59,900 nucleotides of DNA from an uncultured Azospirillum sp. (lineage in GTDB: Bacteria > Pseudomonadota > Alphaproteobacteria > Rickettsiales > UBA3002). Where the stretch lies: contig CAZZCK010000005.1 of NCBI GenBank assembly GCA_964652475.1, positions 1,658 to 61,557 of the forward strand, given 5' to 3'. Position 1 is the stretch's first letter. Every line of letters starts with the position of its first letter. The translations under genes were made by a program, and so were the position numbers. A model generated the notes under the pieces. The model searched no databases. It had not been told where the DNA came from and was given only the letters and a program-made list of their open reading frames with translations. This document shows, in pieces, positions 8,687 through 18,154 of the stretch.

Positions 8687-11386
8687 TCAGGCCGCTTTCG
8701 CATTTCCATCCGCCATAATCTGGCGCATCACGTATTGCAAGATACCACCGTGACGGTAATATTCAAGCTCATCTGCCGTGTCGATGCGGCATAGGAAATT
8801 GGTTTTAACCACCGACCCATCGGCGCGGGTGATGGTGGCTGAAAGCTCCTTACGCGGGGCAAGGCCGCTTGAAACGCCGTCAATATCCACCTGCTCATCG
8901 CCCTTCAGGCCAAGGCTTTGCCGCGTTTCACTGTTCGTGAACATCAATGGCAAAATCCCCATCCCCACCAAATTACTGCGGTGAATGCGCTCGAAGCTTT
9001 CGGCAATCACGGCCTTGACCCCCAGCAGGAACGTACCCTTTGCCGCCCAGTCGCGGCTCGAGCCGGTGCCGTATTCTTTCCCCGCAAAAATCACCAGCGG
9101 TGTACCATCGGCCTTGTATTTCATGGCCGCATCGTAAATCGCCATTTCCTCACCCTTATACAGCGTGAAGCCGCCTTCCTTACCGCCCAGCATCTCGTTT
9201 TTAATGCGGGTGTTGGCGAAGGTGCCGCGCATCATCACATCGTGGCTGCCGCGCCGCGCGCCGTAGGAGTTGAAATCCGCCGGCACCACCTTATGCTCGG
9301 TGAGGTATTTCGCCGCCGGGCTGGTTTTGCTGATGTTACCGGCCGGTGAAATATGGTCGGTCGTAATCGAATCACCCAGCAGCGCCAGCACCCGTGCTTT
9401 TTTCACATCCTTCAACGTCCCTTCGGCCACGGTTGGCTTCATGCCTTCAAAATAGGGCGGGTTCTGCACATAGGTCGAGGCATTGCTCCAGCCGTAGGTT
9501 TTTCCTTCCGCGACGTTGATGGCTTGCCACTCCTTCTCGCCGGCGAACACATCGGCGTATTTGGCGAGGAACATTTCGCGGGTGACGACCGAATGCACTG
9601 CATCCGCCACCTCTTTGGTCGTTGGCCAAATATCCTTCAAGAACACTTCTTTGCCATCGGGTGTTTTGCCAATCGCATCCTTGGTAATATCAATATTCAT
9701 GCTGCCCGCAATGGCGTAAGCCACTACCAGCGGTGGGCTGGCGAGGTAGTTCGCGCGAATGAACGGGTGCACCCGGCCCTCAAAGTTGCGGTTGCCCGAA
9801 AGCACCGAGGCGACCACCAGATTATTATCCTTAATCGCGGCTTCGATTGGCTCGGCAAGCGGGCCCGAGTTACCAATGCAGGTGGTGCAGCGATAGCCCA
9901 CGAGGTTGAAGCCGAGCGCATCAAGCGCCTTATCCAGCCCCGCTTTGTGCAGATATTCCGTCACCACTTTGCTACCCGGGGCGAGGGAGGTTTTGACCCA
10001 TGGCTTGGCCTTAAGCCCAAGTGCTGCCGCTTTTTTGGCAACCAGGCCAGCGCCCATCATCACATACGGGTTGGATGTATTGGTGCAGCTGGTGATGGCG
10101 GCCAGCACCACATTGCCATGCTGCAATGTATAATCCGCACCCGACACCGCTACTTCGGTGCCAGCGGGCAGGGTGCCCGCGTTCAGCTTCGGCAGCTCTG
10201 CCGCAAAGCCCGAAGTTGCCTTGCTCAACGCCACCAAATCCTGCGGGCGTTTTGGCCCAGCAAGCGAGGGCTCGACCTTGCCCATATCGAGTTCAAGCGT
10301 ATCCGTAAAAATCGGGTCGGCGTAGCTTTCGTCACGCCACATGCCTTGCATTTTGGCGTAGGCCTCGACCAGCGCAATCGTCGCTTCGTCACGGCCCGAG
10401 ACATTGAGGAAGTTAATCGTCTCCGCATCGATCGGGAAGATGCCGCAGGTCGCGCCATATTCCGGCGCCATGTTGGCAATCGTCGCCCGGTCGGCGAGTG
10501 GCAAATGGTTCAAGCCTTCACCATAAAATTCCACGAATTTACCGACAACCCCTTTGGCGCGCAGCATGTTCGTCACCGTCAGTACTAAATCGGTCGCGGT
10601 CATACCCTCGCGCAATTTACCGGTCAGCTTGAAGCCCACCACTTCGGGGATGAGCATGGAAACCGGCTGGCCCAGCATCGCGGCTTCGGCCTCAATCCCG
10701 CCCACACCCCAGCCGAGCACGCCTAGGCCGTTGATCATTGTGGTGTGCGAATCCGTTCCCACACACGTATCCGGGTAGGCCACCGTCTCGTTACCTTCCT
10801 GTTTCGTCCACACTACTTTGGCGAGATATTCAAGGTTCACCTGATGGCAAATCCCCGTCCCTGGTGGTACGACGCGGAAATTGTTGAAGGCTTTTTGGCC
10901 CCAGCGCAGGAACTCATAACGCTCCATGTTGCGTTGCATCTCGAGTGCGACGTTTTCTTTGAAGGACGTTGCCGTACCCGCATGGTCGACCATCACCGAG
11001 TGGTCGATGACGAGATCGACCGGGGTGAGGGGGTTAATGCGCTCCGCATTGCCGCCCATGGTGGCCACCGCATCGCGCATGGCCGCCAGATCGACCACTG
11101 CCGGTACGCCGGTGAAATCCTGCATCAACACGCGGGCAGGGCGGTAGGCAATGTCGCGCGGCTCTTTTTTATTTTTAAGCCAGGTGCCAAAGGCGGCGAT
11201 ATCATCCTTCGTTACGGTTTGGCCGTCCTCGTTACGCAGCAGGTTTTCCACCAGCACTTTGAGCGAGAAGGGCAGACGGGCAAAATCAACACCGAGGGTT
11301 TTTGCAGCGGCGGGAATGGAATAGGCGGTGTACGTTTTGCCGGCAGCGGTCAGCGAGGTCTTGCTTTGAAGGGTGTTGAGGCCCAT
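8687..11386 (-). CDS. acnA: Aconitate hydratase A
   Basis: 899 aa with Fe-S ligand regions (ITSCTNTSNP, CTTCIGNSG) and GNRNFEGR. Confidence 0.96.
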   Translation of the reverse strand: MGLNTLQSKTSLTAAGKTYTAYSIPAAAKTLGVDFARLPFSLKVLVENLLRNEDGQTVTKDDIAAFGTWLKNKKEPRDIAYRPARVLMQDFTGVPAVVDLAAMRDAVATMGGNAERINPLTPVDLVIDHSVMVDHAGTATSFKENVALEMQRNMERYEFLRWGQKAFNNFRVVPPGTGICHQVNLEYLAKVVWTKQEGNETVAYPDTCVGTDSHTTMINGLGVLGWGVGGIEAEAAMLGQPVSMLIPEVVGFKLTGKLREGMTATDLVLTVTNMLRAKGVVGKFVEFYGEGLNHLPLADRATIANMAPEYGATCGIFPIDAETINFLNVSGRDEATIALVEAYAKMQGMWRDESYADPIFTDTLELDMGKVEPSLAGPKRPQDLVALSKATSGFAAELPKLNAGTLPAGTEVAVSGADYTLQHGNVVLAAITSCTNTSNPYVMMGAGLVAKKAAALGLKAKPWVKTSLAPGSKVVTEYLHKAGLDKALDALGFNLVGYRCTTCIGNSGPLAEPIEAAIKDNNLVVASVLSGNRNFEGRVHPFIRANYLASPPLVVAYAIAGSMNIDITKDAIGKTPDGKEVFLKDIWPTTKEVADAVHSVVTREMFLAKYADVFAGEKEWQAINVAEGKTYGWSNASTYVQNPPYFEGMKPTVAEGTLKDVKKARVLALLGDSITTDHISPAGNISKTSPAAKYLTEHKVVPADFNSYGARRGSHDVMMRGTFANTRIKNEMLGGKEGGFTLYKGEEMAIYDAAMKYKADGTPLVIFAGKEYGTGSSRDWAAKGTFLLGVKAVIAESFERIHRSNLVGMGILPLMFTNSETRQSLGLKGDEQVDIDGVSSGLAPRKELSATITRADGSVVKTNFLCRIDTADELEYYRHGGILQYVMRQIMADGNAKAA

Positions 11387-11513
11387 GAGTATCTCCGTTA
11401 ATATGAACGTGGTTGTAGCGACAGCCTAAATGGATTATTCAGCCGACCAGTGCTTACGCAATGCAAATTCTCGTTATGATTGCATTTTCACGCTATTTTA
11501 TTCATGGGCAGGG

Positions 11514-12131
11514 ATGAAAAGTAACAGTTTGCATCTCGATGCGTTGGTGGTGGGGCGCGACGGCATGGCCTTGACCGCGCCCATCACCACCGTAATCCAT
11601 GCGGGCGAGATGCTCGTCATCCATGGCAGTAACGGCTCGGGAAAATCGACCTTGCTCAAGACCGTCGCCGGGTTACTGCCCCTGATAAGCGGCAAAATTC
11701 GCTTGATTAACGGCGAGGGGGTGGCGGCGCAACCGCTTTATATGGGCCATCAGCGCGGACTCACCCCCAGCTTAAGCGTGCTGGATAATGTGACTTTCTG
11801 GGCACGTGCCAGCAAGCATCCCGAACTGATCCTCGCCGCCATGCGCTATTTTGAACTCGAGGATGCGGCAGCGATCCCGGTTGGCGAACTTTCCGCTGGG
11901 TGGCAGCAGCGCGTCGCCCTCACGCGCCTTATCACCATGCCAAGCAGCCTTTGGTTGCTCGACGAACCCACCGCCAATCTCGACCATGCGGGCATGGCGC
12001 TATTACAATCGCTGATCGAAACGCGCCGCGCGCAGGGCGGGGTGGTGGTCGTCGCCAGCCATATGAAAATGCATGGAGAGTTGATTAGAATGATTAATAT
12101 CAATACTATAAATGATAATCATAAGGCATAA
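11514..12131 (+). CDS. ccmA: Heme exporter ATP-binding protein CcmA
   Basis: Walker A GSNGSGKST, ABC signature LSAGWQQR and Walker B LWLLDEP. ccmB follows immediately. Confidence 0.85.
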   Translation: MKSNSLHLDALVVGRDGMALTAPITTVIHAGEMLVIHGSNGSGKSTLLKTVAGLLPLISGKIRLINGEGVAAQPLYMGHQRGLTPSLSVLDNVTFWARASKHPELILAAMRYFELEDAAAIPVGELSAGWQQRVALTRLITMPSSLWLLDEPTANLDHAGMALLQSLIETRRAQGGVVVVASHMKMHGELIRMININTINDNHKA

Positions 12132-12137
12132 AAACCA

Positions 12138-12785
12138 ATGATGGCCATTTTGCAGCATGAAGTAAAATATTACTTTAAGAATATTCATGAAGCCATTTAT
12201 TTATATGGATATATTATATCCATCATGATTCTTGCGCCGTTTACAACCTCCATCGAGCAGGCGGCAACTCGGGAGCTTGGGGTATTGAGCCTGTGGGTGG
12301 CGCTCGCAAGCGCGGTCGCTCTTGGCTCAGCCTCGCTTTTCGCCCGCGACCGCGAAACGGGGCGCTTGGAGTATTATCCGTTGCTGCCGATCACGCTTGA
12401 GGCCATGATCATCGCTAAATGGCTGGCATTTCTTCTATTTCTCTTGATGCCGCTGCTCGCAGCACTTCCTGTTATCGCGCTGTTATATAATATGAATGTC
12501 AGTGATTTAGCAGGGTTAGGTCTTGCCATTACGCTGGGGACTATCGCGTTGAGCATCATCGCCACCTTAAGTGCGGCCCTGATGAGTGCATTGCCCAAAG
12601 CTTCAGCCATGATCAGTCTCTTGCAGTTGCCCTTATCCATCCCGGTGATCATTTTTGGGGCGAGCTTTTGCCGCAATACCCATGATTTACCGTATGAAAA
12701 TCTGCTATTTTTGATTGGCTTTAGTCTGTTCATGGCACCATTGATGAGCCTGGCCGGGGCGGCGAGCATTCGCCAGTCGTATTAG
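12138..12785 (+). CDS. ccmB: Heme exporter permease CcmB
   Basis: 215-aa polytopic membrane protein directly after ccmA, with CcmB-like size and hydrophobicity pattern. Confidence 0.82.
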   Translation: MMAILQHEVKYYFKNIHEAIYLYGYIISIMILAPFTTSIEQAATRELGVLSLWVALASAVALGSASLFARDRETGRLEYYPLLPITLEAMIIAKWLAFLLFLLMPLLAALPVIALLYNMNVSDLAGLGLAITLGTIALSIIATLSAALMSALPKASAMISLLQLPLSIPVIIFGASFCRNTHDLPYENLLFLIGFSLFMAPLMSLAGAASIRQSY

Positions 12786-13249
12786 TCGCATGCCGGGGCG
12801 GTAATCCATTATCGAAAGGCCGGTAGTCGCCAGACTTCAGGTAAATTGAGATGAAATGCCACATTTTTTGTTACGATTTGACCATTTTTCAGCCAAAAAA
12901 GGCCGCTTTTTTCTATGATTTTGTCATGATTTCCATCCGTTTTTGAATAAAAATCGTTCAAAAATACCCTGGAAGGGGTAGTTGCGCAGCAGAGTCAGAA
13001 CCCGTAGGCCCAGAGCATTCATAATTATCATCACTATATACTGGCTTTATACTGGCTTTCTTATTGCGCCCCACCCAAGCCAAAAGTTTTATAATATGTA
13101 TTATGGGAAATAATTCCAGTTAAAGGTCATCCACAAGATGAACTTATGAAACATCAATGGCTTATTCGGTTATTCAACTGGGTTAATCACAACCTACTGG
13201 TGCGCGATTGGGCATAAACCATCACTTCCAATGGGCATCTCGAAGCGCA

Positions 13250-14038
13250 TTAAGGTCGCACTGCTTTGGAAAATAAGCGAAAAAAGTTATCACTGGTCGC
13301 GCGCGCCACCTCTTCCACACTGACATTCTTGATTTCGGCCAGTTTTTGAGCTGTAAATGCTGTATATGCGGGCTCACAGGGTTTACCGCGATATGGCTCC
13401 GGCGCCAGATACGGCGCATCCGTCTCGACCAATAATCGATCTAATGGAATGCTCTTAAAGCTATCCCGAAGTGTCTGAGATTTTTTGAAGGTGATAATGC
13501 CGGAGGCTGAAATATATCCACCAAGTTTTACTGTATTATCAGATAGATATTTCGAAGAGCTAAAGCAATGAATTAATATACGGAATGGCCCGTTCTCTTC
13601 ATGTTCTTGTGTAAGAATAGCCACCGTATCTTCATCCGCATCGCGGCTATGAACGATGACGGGCAAATCCAACTGCCGCGCGACAGAGATATGGCGGCGA
13701 AACAGCGTCTGCTGTGCCGCACGCGGGCTGTGCTCGTAGTAATAATCGAGCCCCGTCTCGCCAATACCAATCACGCGCGGGTGGTCGGCCTCGCTCAGCA
13801 ATTCGGCTTCGCTGATATCCTCATGAGGTTCGGCTTCATGCGGGTGAATGCCGATGGAGCAGTAAATCTCGGGGTAAGTTTCAGCGAGCTTTTTCACCGC
13901 CGCAAAGTCCGACCGCTTGGTGGAAATGGTCTGCATCAGCCCTATCCCCGCCGCCTTCGCGCGCGCCACCACCGAAGCTGTATCGGCCAGCTGTGGGTAG
14001 TTCAAATGGCAGTGCGAATCGATGAGCATAAATGTCAT
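13250..14038 (-). CDS. tatD: TatD family metal-dependent hydrolase
   Basis: MLIDSHCHL start motif and the TatD/YcfH pattern (GIHPH, GETGLDY, VHSRDA, ETDAPYL). The start could be 14038 or 14029. Confidence 0.9.
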   Translation of the reverse strand: MTFMLIDSHCHLNYPQLADTASVVARAKAAGIGLMQTISTKRSDFAAVKKLAETYPEIYCSIGIHPHEAEPHEDISEAELLSEADHPRVIGIGETGLDYYYEHSPRAAQQTLFRRHISVARQLDLPVIVHSRDADEDTVAILTQEHEENGPFRILIHCFSSSKYLSDNTVKLGGYISASGIITFKKSQTLRDSFKSIPLDRLLVETDAPYLAPEPYRGKPCEPAYTAFTAQKLAEIKNVSVEEVARATSDNFFRLFSKAVRP

Positions 14039-14138
14039 CAATTCTTCATAATCTATGCCTGCAAAAACTGCTATAAGAAATAGTAAGACCGCCCATACGT
14101 GGCGTTATTATACACCAATATTATCCAAGGGAGCCATT

Positions 14139-14996
14139 ATGTCAAAAGAACCGTGGTCGTCAGATGAGCCAAGCGAGTTTACTCTGCCTCCAGCGGCTCA
14201 GTGTTCCTTAAAACGCAAGTCAAAAGGATATCCTTCATTGCCAATTGCAAGGGGGCTCAAAGGTTATTTTGGTCCGGAATCTAATTCCAGAACTGTCGAT
14301 GATACCTGCCCTCGGGATGAGGAAGCGAAAAATCGTACTGAAAATGCTGCTTCCTATGACCAGAAGGCTATTAGAGTTATTGAGGATTATACGAAATTTA
14401 AAGAGGGAACGCCTTATATCACATATAAAGAGTATATAGTATCTCGGCAGACAGAACAGCCCCAGAAGTTTATTAGAGAATCTTACGTCAATGAGCTTAC
14501 GGCTAATCACGGGGTAAAAGGGGAATTGGAATATAAGGCAACCATGCGGCCGGATGGTAAGGCTGGAACGGTTGAGTTTTTTACCAAGCCGTCCTCTGCG
14601 GGGCAGACTTATGACTACTTCCGTATCGAATTAAAGCCGGATGGAACACGTTCGGCGGAAGTCATGACCAAAAAATCCGTTGCACTTGATGATGCGGAAC
14701 CTAAAAAAGACGAAGTGATTGGCACCAAATCGATCGATTATGGGTTGGCAGTGGCGGTGATGCGTAATCACGTCGAACGTATCTTTGACCCAGTTGATGG
14801 CAGAAACACCAATCCCAACAAGGACATGCGGAAATTGTTGGGCAAGAAACCTGTGTCTTTTGTATTTCCTGACTTTATTCAAGAAACCTTGCAAAAGGCA
14901 GGTGCTGCTGCGGCAAATCCAACGGCGGATATCGCGCATGGCTTGGCCGTCAACTATAACGCTGGTGCGCTTAGTATTGGTAGACCGGTTCCGTAA
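14139..14996 (+). CDS. Hypothetical protein (AT-richer orphan gene)
   Basis: The ATG at 14139 is preceded by aagggag. The product is 285 aa and hydrophilic, with no signal peptide and no recognised motif. Confidence 0.6.
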   Translation: MSKEPWSSDEPSEFTLPPAAQCSLKRKSKGYPSLPIARGLKGYFGPESNSRTVDDTCPRDEEAKNRTENAASYDQKAIRVIEDYTKFKEGTPYITYKEYIVSRQTEQPQKFIRESYVNELTANHGVKGELEYKATMRPDGKAGTVEFFTKPSSAGQTYDYFRIELKPDGTRSAEVMTKKSVALDDAEPKKDEVIGTKSIDYGLAVAVMRNHVERIFDPVDGRNTNPNKDMRKLLGKKPVSFVFPDFIQETLQKAGAAAANPTADIAHGLAVNYNAGALSIGRPVP

Positions 14997-15006
14997 CCAA
15001 TCACAC

Positions 15007-16518
15007 CTACTCCACCATCAACCGCGGGAAGACGCCTTCGGGCTTGGGTAGCGCCGTGCCGGGCTTGAGTGCAAACTCGGGTGTGAGGTACAAAAACAAA
15101 CGTTCACCCTCAGGCACGGCGAGCTGGTCGAGCAGTTTTTTGGCCGCATCCGGCGTGAAGGGTTGCAGCATGATAGCGATGCAGCGGATGGATTCCGCAA
15201 GGTAATACAGCACCGAATTCATGCGCGCGAGATCCGTCTTTTTCAACGTCCACGGTGCTTCACGGTCGATATATTCATTGGCGCTGCTGCTCATGTGCAA
15301 AATCGCGCCGATGACTTCGGCGAATTTGCAGCGCTGCATTTGTTCGCGGGCGCTGCTGTGGGTCGCATCGCTCGTCACCCGCACCAACTCCATCAGCGCT
15401 GCATCCTGTGGCTGAATATTTGCGGCATCGACCGTCGGCACCTGCCCGTCGCAGTTTTTGGCGATCATGCTCAGCGTGCGCTGCGCGAGGTTGCCAATGT
15501 TATTGGCGAGATCGGCATTAATCCGCTCGAACATGCTCTGGCGGCTGAAATTGCCATCGCTACCGAACGGCACTTCACGCAGCAGGAAATAGCGGGTTTG
15601 ATCCAGACCGTAGCGCTCCACCAAATGCGCGGGCGAAACCACATTGCCGAGCGATTTGCTCATTTTCTCGCCTTCGATCGTCCACCAGCCATGGGCAAAA
15701 ACGCGTTTCGGCAGTTCCAGCTTCGCACTCATCAGGAATGCGGGCCAATAGACGGCGTGAAAGCGCAGAATATCCTTGCCGACCATGTGCAGATCGGCGG
15801 GCCATTTACCGTCCGCTGCCGTCCAGTAATTCGTCAGCGCATCGAGCCACACATACATGATGTGGGCTTCATCCCCAGGCACCGGAATGCCCCACTTAAA
15901 GGTGGTGCGCGAAATGGAGAGGTCGTTCAAGCCGCCACGCACGAAGCTCAGCACCTCGTTACGGCGGGCGGTGGGGAGAATAAAATCCGGGTTGGAATCG
16001 TAAAAATCGAGGAGTGGCTGCTGGTATTTCGAGAGCTTGAAGAAATAGCTCGGCTCTTCCACCCACTCCACATCCGCCCCCGTTGGCGCTTTGCCGTCGA
16101 CTAATTCAGACTCGGCATAAAACGCTTCGTCGCGCGTGGCATACCAGCCGCCGTAATTGGCGAGGTAAATATCGCCGCTGGCTTCGAGCTTTTTCCAGAT
16201 TTCCTGCGCTGCGGCGATATGGCGCGGCTGCGTGGTGCGGATAAAATCATCGTTACTGAGGTTGAGCGTGCGCGTCATTTCGCGGAAATGCTCGCTCACC
16301 TCATCCACAAAGGCAAGTGGTGGCACACCCGCCGTAGCGGCTGCTTTCTCGACCTTCTGGCCGTGTTCATCGGTGCCGGTGAGGAATTTTACGTCAAGCC
16401 CATCGAGCCGCATGTAGCGCGCAATCGCGTCGCACGCGACGGACGTATAGGCATGGCCCAGATGCGGCTTGTCGTTGACGTAGTAAATGGGGGTGGTGAT
16501 GTAGTATGTATTGGACAT
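15007..16518 (-). CDS. metG: Methionine--tRNA ligase (short form)
   Basis: HIGH-type motif KPHLGHAYT and the KMSKSLGN motif, 503 aa. Confidence 0.96.
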   Translation of the reverse strand: MSNTYYITTPIYYVNDKPHLGHAYTSVACDAIARYMRLDGLDVKFLTGTDEHGQKVEKAAATAGVPPLAFVDEVSEHFREMTRTLNLSNDDFIRTTQPRHIAAAQEIWKKLEASGDIYLANYGGWYATRDEAFYAESELVDGKAPTGADVEWVEEPSYFFKLSKYQQPLLDFYDSNPDFILPTARRNEVLSFVRGGLNDLSISRTTFKWGIPVPGDEAHIMYVWLDALTNYWTAADGKWPADLHMVGKDILRFHAVYWPAFLMSAKLELPKRVFAHGWWTIEGEKMSKSLGNVVSPAHLVERYGLDQTRYFLLREVPFGSDGNFSRQSMFERINADLANNIGNLAQRTLSMIAKNCDGQVPTVDAANIQPQDAALMELVRVTSDATHSSAREQMQRCKFAEVIGAILHMSSSANEYIDREAPWTLKKTDLARMNSVLYYLAESIRCIAIMLQPFTPDAAKKLLDQLAVPEGERLFLYLTPEFALKPGTALPKPEGVFPRLMVE

Positions 16519-16595
16519 GGTGCTTAGTGCCTAGTGCCTGGTGCTTGGTATTTCAACCAAATATTCCAGGCACTAACAACCAGGCACCAGGCACT
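16519..16595. repeat. Intergenic hairpin whose arms are built from tandem oligomers (agtgcct / ggtgc units)
   Basis: The left arm ggtgcttagtgcctagtgcctggtgcttggta pairs with the right arm ccaggcactaacaaccaggcaccaggcact. It fills the holB-metG spacer exactly. Confidence 0.8.
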
Positions 16596-16598
16596 TTC

Positions 16599-17738
16599 TT
16601 ACGCCGCTAGCATATCAAGCTGCTCAGGGCTCATCAGCAGGCGAATGCTCTGGCGTTTATCGAGGTGGAACGTCTCGGTTTGGGTGATGAGTTGGTTGCC
16701 CGCGGCGAGCCAGGCATGGCGCTGATCGGGTAATATGCTCTCGGCAATTGCGGCGATCATCTCGCCTTCGCGGCGGAAGATGGGCGCTGCTTCGGTTGAG
16801 TGTGGGTGAAGGCAGATGCGCGCCATGGCGAGGCGCCAGCTATGGGTGATGGCGGCCCAGACGGCGGGCGCTTTGACCGCCGCCGCACTATCGGCAAATT
16901 TCTGGCGCGTTTCGTGGGTGGTGTTTGGCATCATCGCGTTCAGCCAGCCTTCATACCATTTCAACCCGTCCGCCGCATAGAGCGTGATCGCCTGGCCCGG
17001 CGAGCCATGGGCGAGCGCATAAAGCGCGGCGTAGTCGTGGGTTTCAATCGCGGGGGCAATCTGGCTGAGGATTTCACGGAATGCCGCCTCATCCGGCGCG
17101 CTCAGTTTCAGCTGTCGGCAGCGCGAGCGAATGGTGGGTAATATAGCCAGTGGCTGATGGCAAATGAGCAGCAAAATCGCCCGCGCCGGTGGCTCTTCGA
17201 GGATTTTGAGGAGTGCGTTCGCGGCTTGATTGTTCAGTTGATCGACCGCGTCGATGATGACCACGCGCCACAGGCCTTCCGCCGGGGTCAGGCTCATGAA
17301 CCCAGGCACTTGCCGCGCCTCTTCCACCGTGATCAGGTTTTTTTCGACGTTCTTTTTGGCATCAAAGGCCGGGGTAAGCGTCAGCAAATCCGAGTGCGAA
17401 CCGGCGGCTACGCGCTTAAAAATCGGGTGATGCTCATCCATCGGCGCATGGGTGCTCGCCGCCGGTTTTTCAGGCGCAGGTTCATCGCCAAATAGCGAGA
17501 AGCTCGGTGCCTCCTCTTCCATCGCGCGTGGCGCTTGCGTGCCTGTGTTGAGGATATGGCGCGCGAGATGGTAGGCGAAAGTCGCTTTGCCAATGCCCTT
17601 CGCGCCAGTGATGAGGTAGGCATGGTGCGTGCGGCTTAACGCAAATTCGCGCGTTACCTCGGCATAGGCTGCGTCATGCCCGATCAGCGAGGGGTTCGCA
17701 CGCGGCGCAATGATTTCGATGTCGTTCGCTTTGCTCAT
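16599..17738 (-). CDS. holB: DNA polymerase III subunit delta prime
   Basis: AAA+ clamp-loader N-terminus HAYLITGAKGIGKATFA, SRC-like motif TIRSRCRQL, and synteny with metG and tatD. Confidence 0.85.
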   Translation of the reverse strand: MSKANDIEIIAPRANPSLIGHDAAYAEVTREFALSRTHHAYLITGAKGIGKATFAYHLARHILNTGTQAPRAMEEEAPSFSLFGDEPAPEKPAASTHAPMDEHHPIFKRVAAGSHSDLLTLTPAFDAKKNVEKNLITVEEARQVPGFMSLTPAEGLWRVVIIDAVDQLNNQAANALLKILEEPPARAILLLICHQPLAILPTIRSRCRQLKLSAPDEAAFREILSQIAPAIETHDYAALYALAHGSPGQAITLYAADGLKWYEGWLNAMMPNTTHETRQKFADSAAAVKAPAVWAAITHSWRLAMARICLHPHSTEAAPIFRREGEMIAAIAESILPDQRHAWLAAGNQLITQTETFHLDKRQSIRLLMSPEQLDMLAA

Positions 17739-18039
17739 GATTGCATACCTATCCCACGACCTTTCGCATGCCTGAGTATCTTTTTCAATAGATCTGCGCG
17801 AAACACCTCAAGGGTCGTCTCGCGCTTGGATGGTGAGCGATTGTGGAGCAAAATTTTGCTAAGAACGCAGTCTAATCCATACCCGTGCAAGAAAATCGAT
17901 TGAGATTCCTCTCAACAGTTGCTACATGATCGCTCCCGCTGAGTATATTTGCTCACGAATCACCCTGTTATTGCTACGATCAAGCGATAATGGATGGGAT
18001 AACGGCGCTTCAATGCGCCTGTATATTCTCGGGTTGAGT

Positions 18040-18131
18040 GGAGAGGTGGCCGAGTGGCTGAAGGCGCTGGTTTGCTAAACCGGTTTACGGGTAACACCGT
18101 AACGTGGGTTCGAATCCCATCCTCTCCTCCA
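18040..18131 (+). tRNA. tRNA-Ser (anticodon GCU)
   Basis: ggagaggtggccgagtggctgaaggcg...ttGCTaa..., a long variable arm, ...ggttcgaatcccatcctctcctcca. Confidence 0.92.
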
Positions 18132-18154
18132 TGCTAATAACGGGAGTAACCCCA

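Noticed and set aside
9353-10588. 411-aa plus-strand ORF, plus many other long ORFs antisense to acnA, metG (15163-16104), pilB (31928-32632), serA (53041-53814), addB and ileS
   Set aside because: They lie entirely within strongly supported genes on the opposite strand. They are Arg/His/Ala/Gly-rich with no motifs, which is typical of shadow ORFs in GC-rich coding DNA.
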